A stretch of DNA of 64,000 nt from Selaginella moellendorffii. Taxonomy: Eukaryota > Plantae > Lycopodiophyta. Position 1 is the first letter of the stretch. Every line of letters starts with the position of its first letter. The translations under genes and the position numbers were made by a program. The stretch spans positions 2,697,668 through 2,761,667 of the forward strand of contig NW_003314270.1 in NCBI RefSeq assembly GCF_000143415.4, read 5' to 3'. The notes under the pieces are model-generated. The model was given only the letters and a program-made list of their open reading frames with translations, did not search any database and was not told the origin of the DNA. Shown here piece after piece: positions 38,426 to 51,002 of the stretch.

Positions 38426-41107
38426 TTACTTTGCGTAAAGCACGTCTTCCCAAGGATGTCTGTAGAGTGGCTGTTTTAATCTCTTTTGATCGAAGGTATG
38501 CCTGGCAAAGCACGCGTTGTAAAAATGTGAAAGAAAAGAAGAATCAGCCATACCCGATCAAGCCGATAGTCCTAGCAAGAACAAAAAGTCCGTTGAGGTA
38601 TCCGATTCCTACGATCTCATCTATTTCCTGCTGGCTGAACATCGCGCAGCTCGCGAGAAGATCTAAGAAGAGCGAGCCAATGGCACCGTCCACGTTGAGC
38701 ACCAAGTTGTTCGACTTGGATAGTGTGTAACTCTCGACACGAACTGCATACTCCATGTACTTGACCGACGGAAAGAAAGTTCGGCCATAGTGCTGGAGTA
38801 GCTCAACCCTCTTGTCACGATTGTCACCTCTCTTAATTCTGCAGGTATGAAGTATAAGAGATCATATATTTCGAGAAACAACGGCAAGTACCTGTGACCA
38901 ATCCCTGGTACACGAATTCCTTTCTTTTTCATGGACTCCACGAAGTCATATGGTGTCAAGTTCTGTAGAACACGCACTGTGACGAAAAAATAGAAGAAGA
39001 GAGGGTTCCACCTTGTCGTAAGCATCTTTGAAGTAGCGGGCTGCATCATCAATAGCTCCGCCAAAACGAGGTCCTATTGTAAGAAGGCCTGCACAAGCAA
39101 ATAGTTGTAAAAATACAAATGAAGGAGTCACACGAACCTGAGACTAGAGATGATACTAGATCCTTGCCAGCACGGGAAGTTACAATCGTATTGTGCGCGC
39201 CAGAAACGCAAGGACCATGGTCTGCACAGAGGATGATACACATCTGCAAAATTTGAACGAAGATTTAAACGCGAGTCTACAAAGACATAACATGCCTCAA
39301 TGAATTTTGTGCAGTATTTTGGAAGGCTTCTCTTGAACCAGAGCAACGATATTACGTCACCAAGGCCATAGTCCTTTTCAATGATTGTGGAAATTTGTAC
39401 ACCAGCGTAAGTTGGTTCATCACCTTCAGGAATAACAGGCGGACTATTAGCTCTTTGGCCTTCCATAATTCCTAACGAACCTCTGTCATCGCAGATTGTA
39501 GAGACAATGTGCGTCGGAGCTCGAACTTTTCCGTTCTTCACAGCAACATGAAGATCTTCCGGCACGGTTGGCGGTTTTGGCTCGGGAGCGGGAACAATTG
39601 TCTGGTTCGAAACCTGAGATATGGACAACAATGCGTAGGATTTGGGATCAGAAATAGTACTTGAGAAATACCAGTTTGTCGTATACGCCTTTGACGGCAC
39701 TTTCCAATCCTTCGTATGACGTAGGCACAATTGCACCGGCCTCTTGAAGGGCCTTATTCTTTCCCTGTGCTGATTCCATATCACCACCGCTCTTAGCACC
39801 CTACAAACGCGAAAGAATGGCGGTGACGTAAAGGAGAATCGGTCTTGAAGCACTTACGGCATGTCCAAATTGCACTTCTGACTTGAAGAGTTTGGCACAG
39901 GTTCCACTGACCCACGCGACGACAGGTTTCGTCACTTTGCCTTGCTTCAATGCCTCAACCAAAGAATACTCGTCCCTTCCGCCTAATTCTCCAAGCACTA
40001 CGATCATCTTGATCTGTAAGGAGCAAAATCAAACACAAACACAGCAACCTTTATGATCGTCTGCTAACCTGGGGGATGTTGTTAAATCGTAGTACATGAT
40101 CTGAGAGAGTTGACCCAGGATAAACATCCCCACCGATAGCGATTCCTGAACAAAAACTAGATTTCGTCAAACTCAATGCAAACTCAAACTCAAATGCTTG
40201 ATAGACATACCTTCATAAAGTCCATCAGTTACACGCGCTATGACATTGTACATCTCGTTAGACATGCCACCCTGTGAAAAGAAAAGTCGTTGTCAATCAG
40301 AGGAAAGATCCATTTTTCCAAATCATTTTACCGATTTTGAGACGAAACCAACTGATCCGGGCCTGTAGAGTTTGGACTGGATTATGTTCTCTAAGGTACC
40401 AGCCGTGTCTCCGATTTTGAAAGCTCCGGCTTGGATGCCTCCCACTGTAGCAGGACCAATCACAACCTGAGTATAATCCATTCCATCAGAAACAAACAAA
40501 CGAAAAAAAACAGGAAGTTTTGGTTACTACTTTGTGATTTAAGGCAGCAAACGCAATGAGCTTCTTTGTGTCAGCTTCCGGAACTCCTTCCGCGATAATC
40601 ACGATCACACGAATTGTAGACTGCTTCAGAGCGTCCATGGACGACTGAAAGGCACTGCAAGAGCCAAGAGGAAGTAAAGACCAACCAAGGAACCAAAAAA
40701 CAGATCGATCACCTTCTAAACGATGCAAAATTGATGAACACATCCGCCACTGGATGAGCTCTACACGCAGCTTGAACACTAGAAGAAAGAACCAAGAAAC
40801 TAATCCACAATGTGATCCATCCAATCCGAAGTTACATACCTCCCATAGACAGGAACAGCGATCTCTTCTTGCCCGAAGAAGAGCTTCTGGAATCCATCCG
40901 ATCCGGGATTGACAATGCCGGCCACGGAAGGAATCTCGCGGCCTGGAAAGAAATCGAATGAGAGATCGATGGACAAGCGAGAGAATTCTCGAGCCGCAGG
41001 ACATTACCGCACAAGAAATCGTAGTCGAGCATTCGCTGCACGGGGCTCTGCTTGTAGTTGTAGAAGAGCGCCTGCGTCGTCCGCGAGAAGAGCTGCCCCG
41101 TCGCCAT
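38426..41107 (-). CDS. ACLB: ATP-citrate lyase subunit B
   Basis: [20 protein letters not shown]; QFGHAGAKS; [12 protein letters not shown]; [13 protein letters not shown]. Confidence 0.95.
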
Positions 41108-41483
41108 GGGAGCTAGCTAGGGCAATACGATCCCTCCCCCGCCCCAAAGCGCGCTCGCGACTCGCGAGTCACGCAATTCGAGATCCCAGACCTAAAAACT
41201 GTATCGCATTCTCGCGAATTCGAGCTTTATAAGAGCGATTCTCGCGAGTGACGCCAAACGCATGCTTGTATACCAGCCCGTCAAAATGGTACGAAAGAAG
41301 GGTCTCCGGCTCGATTCCAGAGAGCTACCTATAGAGGAGCTACCTTTAGGGTTCTTGAGTAGGGGTAAAGAGGATCCCTCTTGTAGGTAGTGCGCTGTCG
41401 AGGTATCCGGGAGGGGCGTGAATTCGTCACGCAGCAGCTCTACATTTTTCGATCTCTAGGGTTTCTCGAGCAGGGAAGGAGCC

Positions 41484-42471
41484 ATGTCGGCATACGCAGA
41501 ATCTTATCAGCCGGCGGTGACGCATTTCTGCCACGGGTGTAATCTCTCGGTGCGCGCAGTGACCACGGACGATGTGATCTGCCCGTTTTGCCAGGGGGGT
41601 TTTGTGGAGGAAATCTCTAGCGATGAGGAAATTCCGGTGGCCGCAAGCACGAATTCCGCCCCTGGCAGCGCCGCTCCTCCTCCTCCTCCTCCTCCTCCGC
41701 CAGGGCCAGGATCCACAGCGCCTGAATATCCACCCAGAGTTATTCCACAGCGCCATATGTTTATCCAAACGCTGACAGCCTTGATGCAAGGTTCTTCAAT
41801 CTTTTTTTTTTTGGTTTTCTTCCACGCATTGTTTACGCTTTTCTTTGCTTTGCCTTTTCCCAGGTGGTGGAGTTGGGAACGTAGAGTTCGTTGTAGACCA
41901 TGGCGGCAACCAGGGTTTCGCTGTCGACAATGGCGCCAACCCGGGCTCCAACCCGGGCTCGCGCCGCACGTTTGGCAACTTTGGGGACTACTTCTTTGGT
42001 GCAGATTATGATCACCTTCTCCAGCAGCTTGCCGAGAATGATTTGAACCGCTACGGCACTCCGCCCGCGTCCAAGACAGCAGTGGAAGGCATGCCGACTA
42101 TGAAGATCACAGACGAGCACCTGGCCCAGGATTCCGCTCCGTGTGCGGTTTGCAAAGACGAATTTGAGTTGGGAACAGAGGTCCGCGAGATGCCGTGCAA
42201 GCATTTGTACCACCCGGACTGTATACTTCCTTGGCTCAAGCAGCATAACTCATGTCCGGTGTGCCGGTTTGAGTTAGCGACGGATGATGCAGATTATAAC
42301 CAAGCTCGGATGCCTGGAGCTGCTGGCAGTGGCGGAGGAGGTGGTCGCAGGGGCCGAGAATTTCTCCGGGGCCATCCGTATCGGGTCCCCGTGCCTCCAT
42401 GGTTATTGGGGAGTGAAGCGTCTGGGTCTGGGGGTGGCGAGGAATATGATAGCTTGCGGGATGTGGATTAA
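41484..42471 (+). CDS. RING-H2 E3 ubiquitin ligase (RNF126/RING1-like)
   Basis: N-terminal zinc ribbon FCHGC..CPFCQGGFVEE; CAVCKDEF..MPCKHLYHPDCILPWL..CPVCR. Confidence 0.9.
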
Positions 42472-42690
42472 GCTCTTGATTTCATCTGATTGTTTTTTCC
42501 TACAGCACCTAGCTGCAGCAGCAATGTTTCATTTCTTACATTTGGCACAAGAGGGACACTATAAATGTAAATTGCATCTGTCAAACGAGGATCTTCTTCT
42601 CCTAGTGTTATCTGCATTCTACTTGTTGAGAAGGTAAGAGGTTTGTGAGGGTGGCAGTCTTTGTACACTGTCAAGAGCCTTCTGGTTATA

Positions 42691-44982
42691 CTACTTTCGA
42701 GCCTTCTTCTTTCCCTTCTCCGTGACATCCCAAGCAGCAGAGCACAGCTTCTGCTGCAATTGCCGCTTCTCCGTGGGAGGCTTGAAGTTGAAACAGCCTG
42801 GAAGGAAGCCATCAAACCACAAAAGAGTGAGAACAAGATGGATGAATCTCCAAGCTTTTACTGTGATCACCTGTGTCCGAGGGAGTCTCCTTAAAACCAT
42901 CAAGGATTGCAATGATGCCTCCGTCCTGCAACGAAGAGGAGAAGCCAGTTCGGGAACCAAGAGGATCAAGACGCAGCCTTACCTTGTCGTGAGCTATGGT
43001 CTGATTTCTCCAGTACGCCAGTGGAGGTACAAGCAGCCTTCCTGTAAATGTTCTAGAGCCGTCACCGAAATGATCCAGCTTTTAGTCAAGAGCGCTTACC
43101 ACTCCTGGAAGTCTTCAAACCATAAGCCTCGATCACCTCGTCTTGCTTCACACGGGACGCTGGCAGCGGCGGGGGCACATTCTGCGAACACATCAAGTCA
43201 GGGACATGCACAAGGAAAAGATTGGACTTACGGAGGAGCGCTTTGGTCTCCGCTTGGTACGTTTCGACTGGGCAGTAGACGCCCCGGCCTCAATCTGGTT
43301 GTTAGTGCCAGAGACCACCTGCTGTTTCATACTATCCTGTCCCACTTCTTGAGGAGTAGCAAGAAACTCTGATCCTGGTTGCTCAGTTTGCTCACGAGCC
43401 TCTTTATCTTCCTCGATAGAGCTCGGCTCTCCCGAGTCCACTGGAGGTGGTGGCGGAGCTTCCGCTTCCTCCTGTGGAAGCTTGTTCTTCCTAGGCCGGC
43501 CACGCTTTCCTGACGGCTTCGACAAGGGCCTCTTCCGTCCCCTCGCCGGTGATGGCTTTATGCTCTTCCGCTGCTCGGCAGTGGTGTCGTTGTTTTCAAC
43601 CACGGACTCGGCCCGGGCCTCGATGGTATCTCTCGGCTTTGGGCTCGGCGGCTTCTCGGAACCTGGCCCTTCGTGGACTTCAGCAGCCACGGTATGTTCC
43701 GGAGATCCGGCACCTGCTTGTTTCAGAGTAAGTTCTGCCACTGTACGTTCTCGAGTTTCTGTTCCCACGTCTTGTTCTCGCTCAGTCCCGAAAAGTTCCT
43801 CCACGATGGCTTCGGCAGCAACATCAGCCTCACTTTCGGCAACCGGTTCTTTGCAAGTAATCTCTGCAACAGTAGCCACCTCATTCTGGACCTCAGTCAC
43901 TACTATAATAGGTTCTGTGTCGCCATGAGCAACGGTAGTCTTCGTCTCCACACTTGGTTCTTTGCTGACCACTTGTGTTTCTGTTGTTGGTGATGCGGCT
44001 TGACTCTCACTCGCAGCTGCCCCTTTGCTGCTACAGGGACTTGATCCCCCGAGCGAGCGCTTAGTGTCGCCGACTTTCTTGGTCATTCTCGAGACTTCGG
44101 TGTCGTCTTGGAGAACTCTCTCCCACGTACACGGGAAACCAGAATAGAATATATCAGCGACCTGAAATTCGCAGTAAGAACCAAGTGAAGAAACAGCCAA
44201 ACTAGACCAGCTTACCCAGGCTGAAAACCCATTGGCAATAGTTGTTTCCTCGTCCATGGACCCCATCAAACGAACCTCAACTCCATCACAAGTTTTCAGT
44301 CTGCTCTTGTCAGTGCGCTTGGCAATCGGGCCAGTCTTTACGAATTCCGAGTCCATCCTAAAGCATAGAATGCTCAACAAGTATCCCGATAGCAAATGAA
44401 GAACTTACCCGTACTGAAAGCCACCCAAGGCTACTTGCAACCTTCCGGACGTAGTGTCGGATTCTTCGAGCTTGATAAGAAACCATTTGTGCAGAACGAT
44501 CTGGAAAGAACGATAGAACAACTCAAAAACAAGCAAAGAGAAAACCGGACGACAAAAAAGAGGAAACCAGAGCTTTCCACAACCAAACTCTCCCTGGAAT
44601 TTTTTAGAACCCCTCCTATCTCCTCTCTTCTTAAACAAACCCACTCAAACAAGCAAAATCTCCCAGACCAAACCTGGTTCTCCGGTCGATATCTCGGCAT
44701 GGAGCACGGCCATCGCCACAAAGAAGCCCTGTCGCCGGTACTACAAGGAGGAGACTCCACTGCGATGTCCCTCCGCAGCGTCATCTCCCGCTTGAGCGGC
44801 GTGGCCGGGAAGAGCATCCCACCACCGCCGCAGCCACTCCAGTGCCCAGATTCCGCCGCCGCTCCTCCCGCCTCGCAAAAGAATTTGTGCGATTTGCCCC
44901 TGTACTCGTGCTTCGTGACGCACGAGTGGCAGGAGCAAGCCTGCTGCTGTCGCGGATCCATGGATCTCCGCGACGGGATCAT
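42691..44982 (-). CDS. KNL2: Kinetochore null 2 (SANTA domain + CENPC-k motif)
   Basis: SANTA (LHKWFLIK..TGPIAKR..NGF..F.SGFP.TW); spliced SRSGRLLVPPLAYWRNQ CENPC-k motif; AT-hook-like KRGRPRK. Confidence 0.82.
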
Positions 44983-45033
44983 AGCGCGCGCGCGCCCGCC
45001 CCTGCTCTTCACTAAAACCCTACTCCACTGTCA

Positions 45034-45755
<722 letters not shown>

Positions 45756-46263
45756 GGCTCCTCCTCCCTGCGCGGCGCTTTCGAAAGCAGTAAGCCCTAG
45801 AGAGCGGCTTCTAGGGTTAGGGCTTTACTGCAAAACCGCTGCCGTCGATCTGAAAATATTTGGTTTTGAAAGGACGGCCAGGATTTTTGTTGTATATACT
45901 GTGGGATATTCTTTGTACGGCCTAGAAATGAGGGAAAGAACCATGCCTCAACTTTCAAAGGTAACCTTTCTCTTTCTTTTGAAGGGTTTGTTTGATATCT
46001 ACTGTTTATTTTGAGAGTCTACTAAAAAAGTATAAATTTCAATGTATAAAATGTAATTAAGCAGCTAAGCATATTATAACATTTTCAATGAAATATTTTT
46101 ATTTCTATTTAATTCATATATTTATATTTATAAATAAACATGCATTTTGATAATAAAAAAACTTGAAGCAGCGAGATATTTATCACTAACAATTCTCACC
46201 TTCAAGAGTTTGGTAGTACAAAAATACACATTTTAGTTAACAACAGAAAGCACAGAAGTTTTT

Positions 46264-48102
46264 CTAGCGAGGAACTTGAGGCGCTGGAGGATAGAAGTTA
46301 ATTCCTGGAGGGATTTGAAGCGAGTGATACGACGGCGCTGGAGCACAGACCGGTGGTAGCGGAGGGCCTGGCGGGAGCGGCGGGAGTTGAGGCGGCGGCT
46401 GCTGTGGCGGCGGTGGCGGCGGCGGAGGTTGTCCCATCCCTGGATATGGATACGGCATTCTCAAGTTAGCGGTGCTCAAGAACTGTGAGTGCTGTGGCTG
46501 GAAACTCGAGTGAAGAACTTGAGCTTGTGGTGGCGGCGGCGCTTGCGAGTGAAGAACTTGAGCTTGCGGTTGCGGCGGTGCTTGCGAGTGGAAAGCTTGA
46601 GCTTGCGGAGGTGGCGCTTGCGAAAACGCTGGATGGATAAACTGCTGTGCGAGGCCTTGATTCGTGCCGCCGCCGCTGCTCGAGTCGACGAGCTTGGGCC
46701 TCTTGTTGTCCGGCTGGAAGCCGAATTCTTCCGGTGTCAGTGACGAGAAAATTGACGAGAGCATGGCTGCCGAGGACGACGAGGCAGCGAGTTTGGCTGC
46801 AACCTCCGCCGCTGTGGGAGTTTCCTTGACTTTCTTGCTTCCGTCGTCTATGGAAGCCATGCTTTGGACGACTGGAGGAAGCGGGCTCGGTGTCACGGAT
46901 GGGAGAGCTTGTGTTCTCGTCACCGGCTTGGCTGGAGAAGAAAATTCCTGAAAGAACGAAGATTTATGCTTATAGGACAACAAAAGAGAAACCACATTTC
47001 TCACCTCTATCTGGCATCTAACGAGCTCCAACTTTCTCTCCTGTGCGAGTAAAAATTTGTATTTGTTACAGGAACAAGCACCGAAGAAACAGTGTTACCT
47101 GGTCTTCAAGAGCTTCCCTTAAGTAAGTTACAAGTTTAGACCGACTCCTTTCGATGGTTTCGAGCTGCTCGACCAGCTGCGAGAGATTTCCTCGCTGCTG
47201 TTGCAGCTCATCGCGCACAGTGGAATTTTCATTTTCCTGGCCTGCAAAATCATAGCGAAAATGCTATGAGAAACAAAGTACAAGTATTCCTCACCGTGGC
47301 TGGCAGCCTCCTTGCCTAACGCTTCTATTCGCCGTTTAATAGAGTTACATTCTTCGATCGTGGCTTCTTCATTAGAGAGACCGTCGTTTACATCCTGGAA
47401 TGCTTTGGCCACCTTCTCAAGGATGCTACCGTCTAGTTTCTGTCACGTAGAAGCGAAAAACAAAAGCTATGATTTTAGAAGCTGAGCTCGGGAATAGTCT
47501 CTTACGATCTTTATAAAACTCGAAGAAGTGGTTGGTTTGTCCTTCCCTTTCTCCTTTTCTTTATCCGGGATCTCGAAGTCCGGAACTGGATTATTTCCCA
47601 GCAGAGTCTCTTTGAGGCTTTGTGCACGAGAGCCAAAGACTTTTCTTTCCTCCCATATGTTTACCTGTGCAAAAACAATGTACAAACAACGTTAAAACTC
47701 CGGCTCAAAGCAAACTAATGACTTACAAGTCGAGAGACTGCGGTGCGGCCATTCTCGTCTCCATTTGCTTTCACGTCCTTGAGAGCCCCGTTCAACACCT
47801 TCCAAAACTCCGACACAAACTCCGATCCTTTCCTCCGGCTGTTCTGTATGATGTCGTTCGCGAGATACAGAAACGAGACGCGCTTCTCTTTCGGTGCCGA
47901 GAAAAACTCCTTCTCCCAGGTCTTGGCGATCTGCTTTGCTCGCTTGCGATGATAGATGCACCAGTGTGACAGAGCTGCAAACGAAAACCCGCGTAAAGCG
48001 AACGAATTTCATGGACACGAACTTACTTTCAATACTTTGCTGCGAAGCGTTTAGCTTGATAAGCTTCTCGGACAGGACTTCCACTGAAAACGCTCCAGTC
48101 AT
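46264..48102 (-). CDS. RNA Pol II CTD-interacting (CID/RPRD-like) protein with Pro/Gln-rich tail
   Basis: LNASQQSIE, LYLANDIIQNSR, VNIWEERKVFGSR. Confidence 0.88.
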
Positions 48103-48643
48103 CCCTTCGTTTCACGACGCTAGCTCCTCTAGAAACGAGAAATCTCCGCTCTAAGTCACTCGATTTCCACCACTATCACTACCGAGAAAAATCTAGTAAA
48201 CCAAGCAGCGAGATTTCTTGAGCGAGGGACGCGCTTACCTGTATGCTGCTATAGAGAATCCCTCCATTCCCAGAATGCCCGCCATAGCCACCACAACGAG
48301 CGCTCCATCGCGCAAGAACAAGGGTTTTGCAAATGCCACTGAGTAAGACGGCATATTCCGTGAACAGAAGAGGCCCTTGCTTAAGATTAAGCACTCGATA
48401 ATTATTCGCATCAACAGTTCCTATGTTCGAGAATATGCGCTCGCGTATCCTTCCTTCGGTTGCTAATCCTGGGGAGTGAAGCTGCTCATCACATTTATTA
48501 GGGATGAATCGCTTATGCGGTGGCTTTTGGCGATCGTTCTCTCCCTTCGTACGAGCACTCTTCTTGAGCTCCCACGATCGGTAAAGAGGGATTCTCCAAA
48601 TCTTGCTCGCAGGAGTGCCAGCGGCATCGCGGCGGCCGATATT

Positions 48644-50638
48644 ATGGATCTCCCGGCGTCGCCAAGCAAGGATTGCGGCAGCAAGAAGCACGTCGTCGAG
48701 GTTTTCGAGCCCGGATCGTTCGAGCCGTCGGAGCATTTCTATCCGCGGGTCCTCAACGCGCAGATTCATCCCCTGGTGCGATCTTTCATGGCCCTGGGCA
48801 ACGATCGCATCAAGAAACGCTACTGCCATCTCCACCCGGAGGCAAACCATGACGCCGTGGCCAGGGCCTTGAGCTTCTCGACCAGGTAGCGCTTCTTTGT
48901 TGTCAATGTAGCTTCTCTAGAGAGACTCTTGCGATCGTCTTAAAGAATTCTTTCCCAGATTCTTCCAGTGGGGAGGGGCGGATTTGTTTTCCACGACTAC
49001 CGAGCACGGGCAGAAGCGTTTCGTGGTCGTCGAGACGAACTCGTGTCCATCCGGCCAGAAAGCCATGCCGCTAGCCAACGAAGAACTCGAGTTTGCTGGC
49101 TACCGCACGCTGCTCGAGAAATCTCTCATGCCATACATTCGCGCTGGGAGCTACAATGGTCACCAGCTTCCAGAGGGCAGGCTCGCGGTTTTATACGACA
49201 AGAACAGGATGGAGTCGTCCGGCTATGCTGCTACGCTAGCCGAGCTCGCGGGCGAGCCAGTTTTCCTGGTTCCATGCTACGAGGACGATCCCGATCCTTT
49301 GATGAAGTGCCGCGAAGATGGTATTATCATGATCAACACCGCCAAGCTTTTGTGGAGGTCTCGCGAAGAAAACGGCAGTGGTGGTGGTGATAAGAGCTTG
49401 TTCGTTCCAGAGCCCGTGTGGGAGCCTGTCCGAGCGGCACTGAGATATGTGACACAACGTCCATGGAGCAGAATTCCACCACTCACGCGGACTCTCGTCT
49501 TTAATCCAATCCTCGCGTGCTTGGCTGGTGGAAGGAACAAGATGCTGGCTGCCAAAGCTTATGATCTCCACAATGCCGAGATAGCTGCGAGTGGCCTGAG
49601 CATCCTGACTCCGGATACTATATGGGACGTTTCCAAGACCGAGATTCCGCTTTGGGTCCGGAGGATGGGAGGACTCGCCGTCGTGAAAATTCCTTACGCG
49701 AATGCCGGTATTGGCGTCTGGACTATCACTCACGAAGGTGAGCTTCAAGAGTTTATGGGAATGGACCATCGCTACGATCGCTTCATTGTCCAGGTAAGAG
49801 CTTTCAATTGCGAAAACTTGAATTCACTGGTGTTATATGTTCGCAGGCTTTGATCGGCAATCACGGTTGGAGCAGCTTAAATCATGGTGGACGTCTCTAT
49901 CATGTCGGAACAATTCCAAATCTCAAAGGGAACATTTATGCCGCTGATCTCCGGCTCATGGTTGGCTCATCCCCGGAAGGCTTTTTCCCTGTGGCGATTT
50001 ATGCTCGACGGGCACGGCTCCCTCTGTCCGAGAAGCTGGAACGAGGAATGAACTCCTGGGACATGCTCGGGACAAATTTGTCCGTCAAGGTATGTGATGT
50101 CCTAACATTCTTGTTTTTTTATTTTTGAAAAAGCTGACGACGACCGAAACTTCTCTACCTTTTTTATAAGAATCCTGACGGCACCTGGGGAACTGAAACG
50201 GAGCGACTGCTTCTGATGGACAGCAGAGATTTTAATCGTGTCGGGATCGGGCTAGATGACTTGATAGAGGCTTACATGCAGGCAAGGAAGATTTAATCTT
50301 GTTTTCTAAAGAGTGTTTCTTTGTCTTTGCTAGACTGTGCTAGCAGTGACCGCCATCGATGGCCTGGCTTGCAAGCTTATAACATCAGAGGTAACGAATT
50401 CATCTCGTTCCAAGTTTCTCCCCGCGCTTCTCTGAAGCAAAACTTACAGGGAAATTTTGGCTTGAAGCTGTTCCAGTCCTTAAACCCGGATCCCAAGCTC
50501 TTGGCGGAGATGTATCCAACAGAGCTCAAGCCGCCCTTGGCCGCGAGTACTATGGAGCAGCAAAGCGCCGAGTGTAAAGAAAATCGAGAAGACGAAGAAC
50601 AACCTCTGCAATTGGTACGCATGAGAATCGAGCCATAA
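48644..50638 (+). CDS. Uncharacterised circularly permuted ATP-grasp-like protein
   Basis: Multi-exon; [15 protein letters not shown] precedes [23 protein letters not shown]; the start could be the upstream ATG at ~48515. Confidence 0.65.
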
Positions 50639-51002
50639 TTTTTTTTCTCTCTCTCTTTTTTCGTTGTTCTTCCATCGTTGATGATGTGTGATTTTCAGGT
50701 GGCAAGACAAAAGCCTCTTCCAGCGCTTGCAGTCTTTTGACACTTACAAAGAGTATAGATAGAACTACTATGATGAAAAATCACTACATAGTTACGTCTA
50801 ATGGAGAGCTCCAAGTTCTTTTGACGCTTTCTCTATCGTCGAAGAACCAGGATACTTGTAAATATTTGGAGTACAAAACTTTTCATCTTCTTACCAGGTT
50901 GCTCAAGTATTTACTTTACTGCCTTTTGTGAGTGGCACGTTCGTAAGTAGTGCTTAGGGTTCTTCGACGAGAGCGCGAGGAGCCGCATCGGCGGCACGGG
51001 AG

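Noticed and set aside
46020-46260. AT-rich tract as MITE or origin
   Set aside because: No TIRs or repeats; consistent with 3' UTR/terminator DNA
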